A DNA stretch of 20,000 nt from Spirogloea muscicola (taxonomy: Eukaryota). A model generated the notes under the pieces. That model worked only from the letters and a program-made list of their open reading frames with translations. It had not been told where the DNA came from and did not search any database. This document shows positions 1 to 12,463 of this stretch, piece by piece. The translations under genes and the position numbers were made by a program. Positions within the stretch are counted from its first letter, which is position 1. Every line of letters starts with the position of its first letter. The stretch lies in the NCBI GenBank assembly GCA_009602725.1, contig WELB01000009.1, positions 1,099,439-1,119,438 of the forward strand. Reading direction: 5' to 3'.

Positions 1-75
1 CACTTACGCTGCTGCGGCCTCGCTGCAGCTTGACGCCGCAGCCATAGCCGTTGCGGCGGCGGCGCTTGTGGGCAG

Positions 76-3000
76 TGGCTGAACGTAACCAACACGGTGT
101 GGTGGCAAGACTTCCCGCGCCAGCCGGCGCCCGATTCGCCGGGTCTCCTTGCCGTCGGCGGCTTCGGCGCCGAGCTCGCGGCCCTGCTGGCGGCGCTGCT
201 CGGCGACTGGCCTGCCGAGGCGGCTTGCTGGGCTGTCAGCCTTGCGTGCTTCGACTTCGGCGGCGCTGCCGGCGCGCTCGTCGTGTCTGTGCCTGGCCTG
301 CACCCGCCGCCTCTTCCGCCGCTGGACGCCGCCGCCACTGCCGCCGCTGCCCACGACGAGCCCGGTCGCAAGAAGCGCCGTCGGCGCGACAGGGCAGCAG
401 CAGCAGCGGCAGAGTGGCGCACTGTGCTTGGCGCTGTGGTCTCGACGGTTGCCGGCGTGCGCCATGGCTTCAAGCCGGAGGTGGACCCTACCGGTGCCCA
501 CCTGCGTGCGCTGGCCGCCGCGGCGTCGGTGGCTGGCGGTGGCTGCCGTGCCGGCCTTGAGGAGCTTGCGGTCCGCCGCGTGCGGGGGCTGCCCGCAGAC
601 TCCAACGCCATAGCTCTTGCGCTCAACAGCCCATGTGCTGCTGCCATAGCCGGTGTTGCGAAGGTGTCGCCTGAAAGTATGTCGCCTCCATACTATCAAT
701 CTGATGGCCATCAGTAGTGTCTTCATATTAAGTTGCTCTGCACCCATAACTTGAAAAGGGTTTCAGATATGATGTTACTATCAAATAACATATATAATAA
801 TTCGGGAAATTCCCAATTGTCGATTCAGGTAAAATGCAGAATTTAATCTGAGATTCACTCGGCTCATATGAGACTGCTGCTGAATGTGTCTGAGCAAACC
901 CAAGGACCTCGGCGGTGCTGCAGGCGGTGATCGTAACGGCAGCGGCGGTGCGGCAGAGCTGCGCATCGGGTACCTACCGCGAGCGATCGCGGCATGGGCT
1001 GCGCCGCTCTGGGATGCTGGGCTCGTGCAGATTGCCGCCAAGGCCAGCCTGCGTCAAGTCCTCGCTGCTGCTGCTGCCGAGCGTGCCGAGGCGCATCCCC
1101 CGCAGCTCTGCATCTACATCCTCAAGGTACTTTCTGCTGCGCAGCTCGCTTGCTGCACCCATCAGGTAGTAACAGTCAGTAGTATACTCTTGCCATTACC
1201 TTTAACTGCAGCTTATTTACAACTAGTAACTTGTAATGCCTAATTTGAAGCCTCTTTAGAAGAAGCGTATCTCAAGTGTGCTCAAGACTGGGCTCTCCAC
1301 AGGGCCCACGGTTCGCGTCGGCCCATGAGGAGCTGGTGACGAGGCATGCGCGTGCGTTTGCAGGCCTCCTGCGCTCACTGCAGCGCCCGCTTGGGCTCTG
1401 GCGCCTGCACCAGGCAAGCACGATGGGCACAAGACCTCAACAGCTTCTGACAATATGATCCATCTGCCACGTTGATAATTTGCGTGCTAGTTCCCACTAC
1501 GTACTGTAGACGAAGTAATGGCGCTTTTATGCAATGGGCTAGACTAACAGGCATCTGGCTCTTGCCGTGCTTTGGTCTCAGCATGCCGCTTTCTGGCTCT
1601 CCGCCTCACTCTGACATCCTCCTGGCGGCCGCTGCCGTCGCTGACGGTTCAGGTGCTGAGGTGCCACAAGTGGCCGCAGGAGCTCGAGACCGACTTCCTG
1701 TACGGTGAGCCCGTGCTCATAACTGCTAGCGCACGGGCACCATTTGATTAGTAGTAAGCCTCAATCTACCTTAACTAGGAGCTTGTTAAGACGTCATACA
1801 GAGGCTAAATGGGATAATTGCGGCGCACTGCTCAGGCTCGTCCTCAGTGGGCTCGTCGGTCGACCCGCCCTTCTTGGGGGCATTCGCGGCCGCCGCCGGC
1901 CGCCGGCCCCCACCGATGCCTGACGACGGCAACGGTAGCGAGAGCGACCCCGAGGCACAGCTCCTCAGCCCCAGTTGCACAGCCGCAGCACCAATACTTG
2001 CCACTAATAAGTCAATTATCCTTGACCGTGCCCTGGCCTTTTGTCATTATGCATCTTGGCAGTGGGGCCACTGGACCGCTGAGCTGGAGGCACGTAACCC
2101 GTCGCTTGGCGTCGTGTTTCCAACAATAGACCGGGTAAACGATGCAATGGGGGGTCCATCAGAGTTCTCAGGGCTCTCTTTCTTTACAGAGGTACGTACT
2201 TGTAATTCTTGTCAATTCTGTGGTTAGGGGTTAGGCCCACAATGGCTCACATACATGCACACGGCACTACGAAAGATGGACATCAACGATGATGGCACTT
2301 CAGCTCTGTTTATCAAGAACCGCTGATGTAAACCTTGACAACAGGGCATAAACCACAACCCTCGTCAACAAAAATGTCTATGCTACTGCACTTGACATCA
2401 CACTAAGCAGGATAGAGGAAACCAATCAGGGCCCGAGGTCGAAAGATGTAAGCAACAGCAATAATTCTGCAGGCCCTTGGTGAGTGGCTGCTGACAGCCA
2501 ACCTCCTCCATGATGCCATCCCGGAGCCACCCGAGCGCAGCGCTGTCAACATGCACGTCAAAGTACAATTTTGCTGCACTTCACCCTGCCGTTAGCTACA
2601 TGCAAGGAAGGCAATAATGAGTATAGTATTTTAGCCTTCATCTGAGCAATGCTGTGCAAAATTACAAAGACTCGGTGTGAATGACAATCAGTTAGTCTCA
2701 TAAGCAGTCTTCTGACACGTCCTGCCAGGTGGCACTGCGGCGGTTCCGGGGCTCGGCCGCCGGGCAGCCGGCCTCTGGCTGGGTGTACTGTGGGTCCCAC
2801 AACCTCAGCCCCGCAGCCTGGGGCCGGCCGATCCCAAAGGCGCCGCAGTCGTAGTCTTTCAGCAGTAAGTTGCTCGCTCTGCCAATGCTGATCCCACTTT
2901 TGCCAGCTAATGCTTCCACTCAGAGAGAAACATTTTCTTGCACACAATGGTAGTTGGTGGCAGAGATGCTATTTATATGCACTTCAATTGGCCATCAGCT

Positions 3001-3658
3001 CGTTGTGTATACTTTTAGTAGCAAGATTTGAAGGCCCAAGCCAGATCTTCGAAGCTGAAGCTGTCTTCACGCCCCATCTGACCCTCTAAGCTGACGAGCC
3101 ACCATTGCTGCAGCCGGCCCGGAGCGCGTGGCGCTGGGGTCATGCCTCCACATCTACAACTACGAGGCCGGCATAGTGCTGATTGAGCCGCCGACACCTC
3201 CGCCAAAGGACATGGGCGGTCAGCGCCACGCACAGATTGGTCATGGGCACCTGTGCAGCAGCAGCTCACATGGCCTCGACCGGATCGCGCTACCGTTCCA
3301 GGTCCCCGCACCCCAGTACAAGCCAGGCGCCCGGCCGGCTTCCTGGCCGGCTGTGCGGCGTGCCATTGCCAGTCAAATCGCAACGATGAAGGCCAAACAC
3401 GCAGAAGTGTGCTCGCAAAAGGCTGTCCACCACGATGCAGCCTCACCTGAGGAGCCTGAGGAGCCTGAGGAGCTTGAGGGCAGCAGCGAAGTGGACGATG
3501 GGGATGAGAGCATGCAGGCCACTGCTGTCGCCGCCGCCACTGCCGAGGTGGCTCTCGACGAGGATGGCTACGCTGAGCGGCTGTGGACTGATGTGAAAGA
3601 AGATGGAGGCAGGCAAACCAGCGAGAGCAACATAACAGATGGCTCCTGCACCCCATGA
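76..3658 (+). CDS. TDP1: Plant TDP1-beta-like tyrosyl-DNA phosphodiesterase with HIRAN insertion; spliced, 5' exons lie upstream of the window; in-frame TAG at 2852-2854, so possibly a pseudogene
   Basis: Hand-spliced exons 76-676, 924-1126, 1303-1413, 1653-1704, 1836-1954, 2063-2191, 2473-2562, 2729-2864, 3114-3658 have consistent phases. Motifs recalled from plant TDP1-beta (At5g07400 type): WLNVTNTVWWQDFP, LVVSVPGLH, HIRAN-like PADSNAI...IGYLPRAIAAWAAPLWD, LQRPLGLWRL, KWPQELETDFLYGSSSVG, ESDPE-WG, VFPTIDRV, MHVK (HxK), GWVYCGSHNLSPAAWG, YNYEAGIV, LPFQVPAPQY. Confidence 0.88.
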
Positions 3659-4006
3659 ATTGGTGGCTGGCAAACCAGCCAAAAAATATGTGCCAACTAT
3701 CTCTCACTACCACAAGCCCATGGCCAACCGAGAACGAGCCTTCGCTTTAAGTGGCGGCGCACTGCTCAAGTGAGCTTGTGACAATGACATAGCTCAATTT
3801 TATCTTTAGAAGCTCCAGGCTCTGGTCAAGGTCACTCATGACTACCTCACCCTCAACTGCTCTGCTGCATAATGATTGCAGCTAACACACAATATTAATT
3901 GGAGAATTGCAGGGGTGGATGGCGACCCTCACGGCAATAATTCTTAGCCATGGAGCTAGAACCAGGTCCTGATGTGGTGCAATGAAAGTATATTAGACAA
4001 TGCGAT

Positions 4007-5786
<1,780 letters not shown>

Positions 5787-5787
5787 A

Positions 5788-5844
5788 NNNNNNNNNNNNN
5801 NNNNNNNNNNNNNNNNNNNNNNNNNNNNNNNNNNNNNNNNNNNN
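5788..5844. other. Assembly gap (N run)
   Basis: 57 consecutive N. Confidence 0.99.
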
Positions 5845-7040
<1,196 letters not shown>

Positions 7041-7041
7041 N

Positions 7042-7751
7042 GGTGCCAAGGAACTCAAGTACGCGGATCACCCCGAAGGCGACGAGTTTGTCCCACTCGC
7101 CGTCGACGTGCACGGAGCCTTTGGGACCAAGTGGCTAGACCTTCTTCACCGCCTTGCTCGTCGTGCGGTGGCCCGTCGCCAGGGGCAGAACGGCGAGCAG
7201 CCTGGCTTCCACGTCGCCGGGTCCCTCGCCCAGGTGTTCAGGATGCGCCTCGCCATTTCCCTCCAGCGGTCTCTTGCGTTTGCCGTCCACCTACGTGCCG
7301 GCCGCGCCCTGGCGGCTGCCTCCGGGTTTCGTCAGGGCGACGTCTTCCCGCCCTCTAGCTACTCGGACCTGCACTTGCTGACTCGAGGTTACTGAGAGCC
7401 TCCTTGTCGTCTTAGCACTTAGTCTTCTGCTTTTTGTGCCATTCGGCTCCTTTTGACATTGTCCATTCCTTTTGGGCTGGCTCCTCCCAGCCACCAGTCA
7501 ATTCGGCCGCGCTTTTCTCATGAGGCCGGGGGCAGGGCCCCGAGAACCTCGATGGTTACTTAAGGAGGAGGGGCGAGCGGTCGGTTGCGGGCTTGGTCTC
7601 CCCCCCAAGTCGCCTACACTTGGCATTGTTTACAATTCAACAGCTGGTTTGCTTTGACCAATTGCATACGTTTGGCTCCGACTCCTTTGCTTCGCGACAC
7701 CAACGCCTCGTCCTTGGGCTTGACGTTCCTCATTCTTTACACACACAACAC
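7042..7751 (+). mobile_element. 3' fragment of a CRE-like (RLE-type) non-LTR retrotransposon: end of the ORF (stop 7393-7395) plus 3' UTR ending in an (AC)-rich tail
   Basis: Translates to AKELKYADHPEGDEFVPLAVDVHGAFG...FRMRLAISLQRSLAFAVHLRAGRALAAASGFRQGDVFPPSSYSDLHLLTRGY*. This is clearly paralogous to the ORF end at ~16135-16470 (KYADHPAADEFVPLAVDV...RAGRALAAASGFQQGDSFP...LLTRNY*). The tail acacacacaacac is at 7739-7751; the right boundary is approximate. Confidence 0.85.
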
Positions 7752-7809
7752 AAGAAGAAAGTACAGGACTGTCCAAATCAGAACCTGTAGCTTTCCCCCT
7801 GTCGTGCTA

Positions 7810-8555
7810 TATCCCACTTGATTTATCTGACGCCACAAATGTTGGTATCATACGCCGAGGTTGTCTTGCCCGATTGATTGGGTGTTTCGTCACAAAAGGT
7901 GGTACCAGTGGAACCCTTCTTCCTGCATCAAGAATAAGCTCAACTGTGGCCGCTGGATGTGGCTCCTGATAGTTGATGCAGGACTGCAGAAGCTGCACGG
8001 GCGCTAGACTGGGCCAAAAGTCCTCTTTCTATCGGCGAGCGAGCTAACTCTGGCAGCATCTAAAATGACATTGGGACCCGTGATTTGCTACAACCTACGG
8101 AAATGAATAGCGTCAGGTGCATCATCGGATGGCTCTACATTTTCCACGATGTAAGCCATAGTCTTCTTCTGCTTACTGCGAATTTGCTCAAGTATGTTAA
8201 GCATTGGGAAGAAAAGAGCTGAGTGGGCATGACCAAATCCTTCCCCTCGACCTGCCGGGCTGGACCCCTCGCAAGCAAAGCCTGCTATGACGTTGTCCAC
8301 CTGGGGACGGCGTTTGATGTACTCGACTTTCTCGGCTTCTCTAATATCGCCTGGGAGTAGTGAATCCCAAGTCTCGAACGTAGTTGGAGTCACCAGATGG
8401 CTATACCGCTCCCTAAGTATAGACACATGGTGGGCTGCAGCTTGACGTGACGCCGGATTGTTGTCAACGTAAATATACTGCGCAATCTTGTACCTGCTGC
8501 GCAGCAAACCTGCCAGTCCTGCGGCACTGCCCCCGAACAGCTCCAGAACTACTAG
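7810..8555 (-). pseudogene. C5 cytosine DNA methyltransferase domain embedded in the retroelement polyprotein (motifs I-VIII; IX/X not found)
   Basis: In one frame: LVVLELFGGSAAG (motif I, FxG), YIYVD (II), PGDIR (III), VIAGFACEGSSPAG (IV; catalytic Cys codon 8273-8271, AC in place of PC), HSALF (V), YIVENV (VI). After TAG 8090-8088 come ILDAA (VII) and ADRKRTF (VIII, RxR), then a frameshifted PINRARQPRRMIPTFVAS. Confidence 0.85.
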
Positions 8556-8896
8556 TCCCTGCTCTCCAGACTCAAAAGGAATTACCCCAGCGTAGAATTT
8601 CCTGTCTTCAGCTGGCCCTTAATTCCTCGGTTGACCATCGGAACAGTAAATGTCCTGGTTAACCACGCATCATTCACCCACAATGCTGCAGTAGTAGACC
8701 AATCAGGTAAGATGGCAAGATACCGCCTGAATTTCTCCTTGACAGTCAATTCCGCCAAATCTGTGTCACTCAGTCCCTCTGTGGTGAGTGGATTCAGCAT
8801 CCTGGATGGCTGAAGCACTGCTCGTAAGAACTCGGGTGAAATCTCTCGCTTCAGTCCACCTGGTACATTCGCGACGGTGGTGCTGCAGTAGGGGGT

Positions 8897-9097
8897 GCAG
8901 CAGCAGCAGCAGTAGTAGCAACAGCAGCAGCAGCAGCAGCAGGTGGTGGAACATTGACTGGTGGAGCATCAGCCGGTGGAGCATTGGCTGGTGGGAGCAT
9001 CAGTTGGTGGAGTAGCAACTGGCAGTGATGCAGCAACTGGAGGTGCAGCAACTGGTGGTGCAGCAACTGGAGGTGCAGCAACTGGAGGTGCAGCAGC
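8897..9097. repeat. Low-complexity linker: (CAG)n tract and 15-bp tandem repeat encoding (PPVAA)n on the minus strand
   Basis: cagcagcag tract at ~8897-8941; unit gcagcaactggaggt repeated about 5 times at ~9012-9097, with degenerate PPxxA units between the two tracts. Confidence 0.85.
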
Positions 9098-9374
9098 GGC
9101 TCGAGGTGTCACATCTTCCATCAGCTCTTCCCTCAGCTTCGCCAACTCCTCTTCCGTCGGCTCTTCTGTGCCCTCTAGACCCTCCTCCAAATGCTTCATT
9201 CGCTTCCAATTTCCACATCATCATCTGTGATTGGCACACCAGTATTTGCCTCAATCTGCATTCGTACAAGATTTCATCAAAGGTAACAGAACGATATTAG
9301 TACCAGAAATTAGCCAATGACCTACACCAAGCTGATTCAGAGTAGAACCCATACTTCAAATTATGGGCACCAAC

Positions 9375-9660
9375 AAATGAGTTCCTAACAAAATGTCATA
9401 AGTTCTGGCTTTGGTAATCATGCAGACCACTGACAAAGTAGTACGTCTGTCAGGAACATTGGAATACAACGTAATTTGCACTGGTTATTTGGTTAGTCCG
9501 ACGTTACTGTCAGTACCACCAGTAGCAGTCTTGATCTTGATGTCACTGAGAAACTACATCACAAGACTGTAGACCCAATTGAGTGATCATACTCCGACCC
9601 AAAAGGACCGGTTGAGCTCCTGTTTCTAACAAAGCAATAGTGGGCCTGATTGCATTGACC
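9375..9660 (-). pseudogene. Retropepsin-like aspartic protease remnant of the retroelement
   Basis: IALLETGAQPVLLG (DTGA motif with D>E); after a frameshift IKIKTATGG (flap) and TYDILLGTH (C-terminal motif). Internal stop present. Confidence 0.75.
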
Positions 9661-10456
9661 TTCAATATGCCTGAACTATCGTCTAGCATCGTCACTGAAG
9701 AGAACTGTTTCTTCCTTTCTTCCAACGACCTGAGAGGCACAATGTCAAAAACACTTGACTGAGCCTTGTTCTCCGCATAGGTTGCTTACAGGTGCAGTCT
9801 GCAGATTCTGCATAACCTCAACAGTAGTACTGGTCAGCATACTGCTCAGTTATTTTTCAGTCCATCCTAAAGTCGTTGAAGCTTAGAACATGTGCTGTGT
9901 ACAACCTGTCCAACAGCTTCCAGCTGACAATGTGCAGTCAACACTAAGTGAAGCAGGATCAGCAGCCTTTGGCCCTGTGGACTTCGCAACAACCCGAGGC
10001 TGAGATAGAGGAATGTCAAGCTGAGTTGCCTTCAATTTGAAACTTGCTGGATACCCAGCATTACCAGTCCTAGCAAGCTGCTGCAAAGCATTTTCACCTC
10101 GCTTCATTGGGTTTCTGCTTGCAGTATTAGACAACTCCGGAAATGCAGCAACAATAGAGGCCAGGTAAGATTACCCATACTTATGAGAAGTCCCTGCTGC
10201 ATACTGAGCCCATACAGTCCTGCAAGGTCATCCTCATCCTCTTCCACATCTGAGTGCACTACAGCCGCTGCGGCTGACTTGGCCCTGGACTTAGCCTCAC
10301 TAGCAGCCAGCTGTTGGGTTAACTGTTCAAATTGTTTCTGCAACTTCTGCATTTTGTCGTCCTCAACACGACCACTGTTAGATGAAGACTTCCCCCATCT
10401 CCAATGCATTCTTATTACCGGACTTGCACAGGCAGCTTATCAGGAAATTTCTTCCA

Positions 10457-10570
10457 ACATTGCGTGTCTACGTGTCCTGTTCTGGTGCAGTGAGCACAAG
10501 TGGCTCCTGCAGTCTGATGTCGAGCAGCACACTTTTTAGAAATATGTCCAACCTTACCACAATTGTGGCA
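10457..10570 (-). pseudogene. Gag nucleocapsid with two tandem CX2CX4HX4C zinc knuckles
   Basis: Translation CHNCGKVGHISKKC-AARHQTAGAT-CAHCTRTGHVDTQC-WKK; not listed in the ORF track. Confidence 0.9.
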
Positions 10571-11413
10571 AGTCACAGCTGGACGAGGCTTGTAATGGTC
10601 CTGTACCTGTGTTACGTCAGAAATTGCTACATGTGCCTTTGGATTTCCTGTGTTAGATCGACTAGCTGTGGACCTGCCAGCTTTTCAACATCACTGGCGG
10701 ACTCAGGGACTGGTTCCCACATTGACAAAACCTCATCTCATAATCCGCGCATACATAAAACCCGCATCCCCGGTGAACTACTTCGCTAGTAGAGTAATCT
10801 CCGACTCCCTGCTGACCTGACAACCATGCATGTCCAGTTGACACAACCCTGCTAGGAAATGGGTTTTCACTTCAGATAAAGTAGCGCGGCTATGAGTACC
10901 TTGGAATATCGGTAAGTCTCCAGATGCCATGTTGAAGTTTTTTCTGAAGCGTGTTGATGTTGAGATCTCGCTTGAGCTACCTGCTTCCACACGTGATTCA
11001 ACAACAGCAGTACCAGTTGGCTCAGCGGCAAGATCTATGTCTGTCGAAGCAATTTCACCTTCAGGCTCCAGATTGACGATGTTGCCTGACCTAAGTCTCA
11101 TGCAATAGTAGCTGAGAAATTGATCACAACTCAATCAACAGCTGATTTATATTACCGGCAACAGTCCAACTCAGAGATAGCAGTCGCGCCTGTGTGCATG
11201 TTTGAGATTATGTATCAGAGAAGTAGGACATGGGCAGGCCAGCATTACCCAAACTCTGACAACTCCGACTGAGTATCTCAGCTGACATTTTTGCAATTAT
11301 CTACTACTTGCCTTCTGAGTTGTGCACAAGAAGTTGTTCAAAGTCAAGGCCACAACATGGACATGCAAAATGTCCTCAAGCAAATTGTGTCAAAATGGTA
11401 CCCGCCATGCAGG

Positions 11414-11806
11414 CAAATAAGTTTTCTGTGCGAGTCCCATCTCGAACAAAGCCTCTGCCTGCACCGACTTTCTAGTAAGAATAGACATCGTACCTGCATG
11501 AAGGCCTGGAATAAAGCATATTATAGATGGGGTATGCGGGGTACGCCAATATAAAGCTCTAGTAGGGATGGTATGATGATACAGGGCTGCAAGAGCGCAG
11601 ATTTAGTTGAAGTCGTACCCCACTTATGCATAGGTAGGGCTCATATAGTGGGTGAACCTGCTATGTTTTGGGCCAAATAAGTTTTCTGTGTGAGTCCCAT
11701 CTCGAACAAAGCCTCTGCCTGCACCCAATTTCCAGTAAGAATAGACATCGTACCTGCATGAAGGCCTGGAATAAAACATATTATAGATGGGGTACGTTGA
11801 GTACGC
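11414..11806. repeat. 133-bp direct repeat pair (11414-11546 and 11674-11806)
   Basis: Ungapped manual alignment, 124/133 identical, offset 260 bp. Confidence 0.95.
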
Positions 11807-12091
11807 TTTTCCTCCTTATTCTATGTACTTCTCAAATATTACCAAATGGAGCACGGAGTACGGCCATGAAGGCCCATAGAGGGATGGATACCCTACCACC
11901 ATCATTCAGTTATTGACATTCTTATGAGCGTAATCTGTACTCCGTACTCCATAGATAGGATATCTAGCGATATTGAGCATGCCAGTGCGGAATCCTACGT
12001 GCGGATGGAGTCAGGATGCAAAAAAAGAGCGGGGCGTGGTCCTTTTTTATCCTTTTAGTTCGGTCCACCATCCCTACTAGAGCTTTATATT
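11548..12091. mobile_element. MITE-like non-autonomous DNA element with perfect 25-bp terminal inverted repeats
   Basis: aatataaagctctagtagggatggt (11548-11572) is the exact reverse complement of accatccctactagagctttatatt (12067-12091). Internal inverted repeat 11846-11861 / 11937-11952 (15/16). No coding capacity. The TSD is unresolved (may be TA or TATA within the repeat ends). Confidence 0.65.
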
Positions 12092-12463
12092 TGCTTACCC
12101 TATCCTATAAGCTATATATGGAGAAAAGAGGATATACAACTCATTTAGATTTATCATTGCCATATTAGGTTGTACCTCACCGTAACCAAGGAATAATACT
12201 TTTCTTAAAGGATTGATTGCTACTTGCAGCCATGCTAGCATGCTGCAACCATGCTCGATCTCGTCCTCTTTAAAGCGTAGTCTGAGTGGCTACAAGAAGA
12301 GGGCTATTCTCATACCTACTATAGTTTTCAATCAGTGCGCTTATTGTGCACATTATTGTGCTGATCTTAAGAGAGAGCATATGAGTCAAAGGGCGAGGGA
12401 TCGCAAGACAGAGGTGGGCTTCTCAGTTATCGTAGACGACAGCATCAAGAAATAGTACTGCTC

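Larger units (their letters stand above)
7752..11134 (-). mobile_element. Decayed Ty3/Gypsy-like retroelement (gag - aspartic protease - linker - DNMT), 3'-truncated; no RT, RNase H, integrase or LTR seen
   Basis: Collinear on the minus strand: Gag N-terminus MRLRSG (~11101), two CCHC knuckles (10570-10457), retropepsin motifs (~9640-9380) and a C5-MTase (8555-7810). Many stops and frameshifts. The Gypsy label is inferred from domain order, since the RT is absent. Confidence 0.75.

Noticed and set aside
4..747. Minus-strand 247-aa ORF and the other overlapping GC-rich ORFs, including those at 13046-16308 on the minus strand
   Set aside because: Shadow ORFs of GC-rich exons or TE coding sequence on the other strand or frame.
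11211..11220. tgtatcagag resembling a tRNA-Met primer binding site
   Set aside because: Imperfect match and on the wrong strand for the minus-strand gag element.
11414..11806. 133-bp direct repeats as LTRs or a CRISPR array
   Set aside because: Only two copies 260 bp apart, no TG...CA ends, they do not flank the gag-pol region, and the context is eukaryotic.
12224..12248. Near-palindrome ttgcagccatgctagcatgctgcaa as a Helitron 3' hairpin
   Set aside because: No correctly spaced CTRR terminus and no other Helitron evidence.
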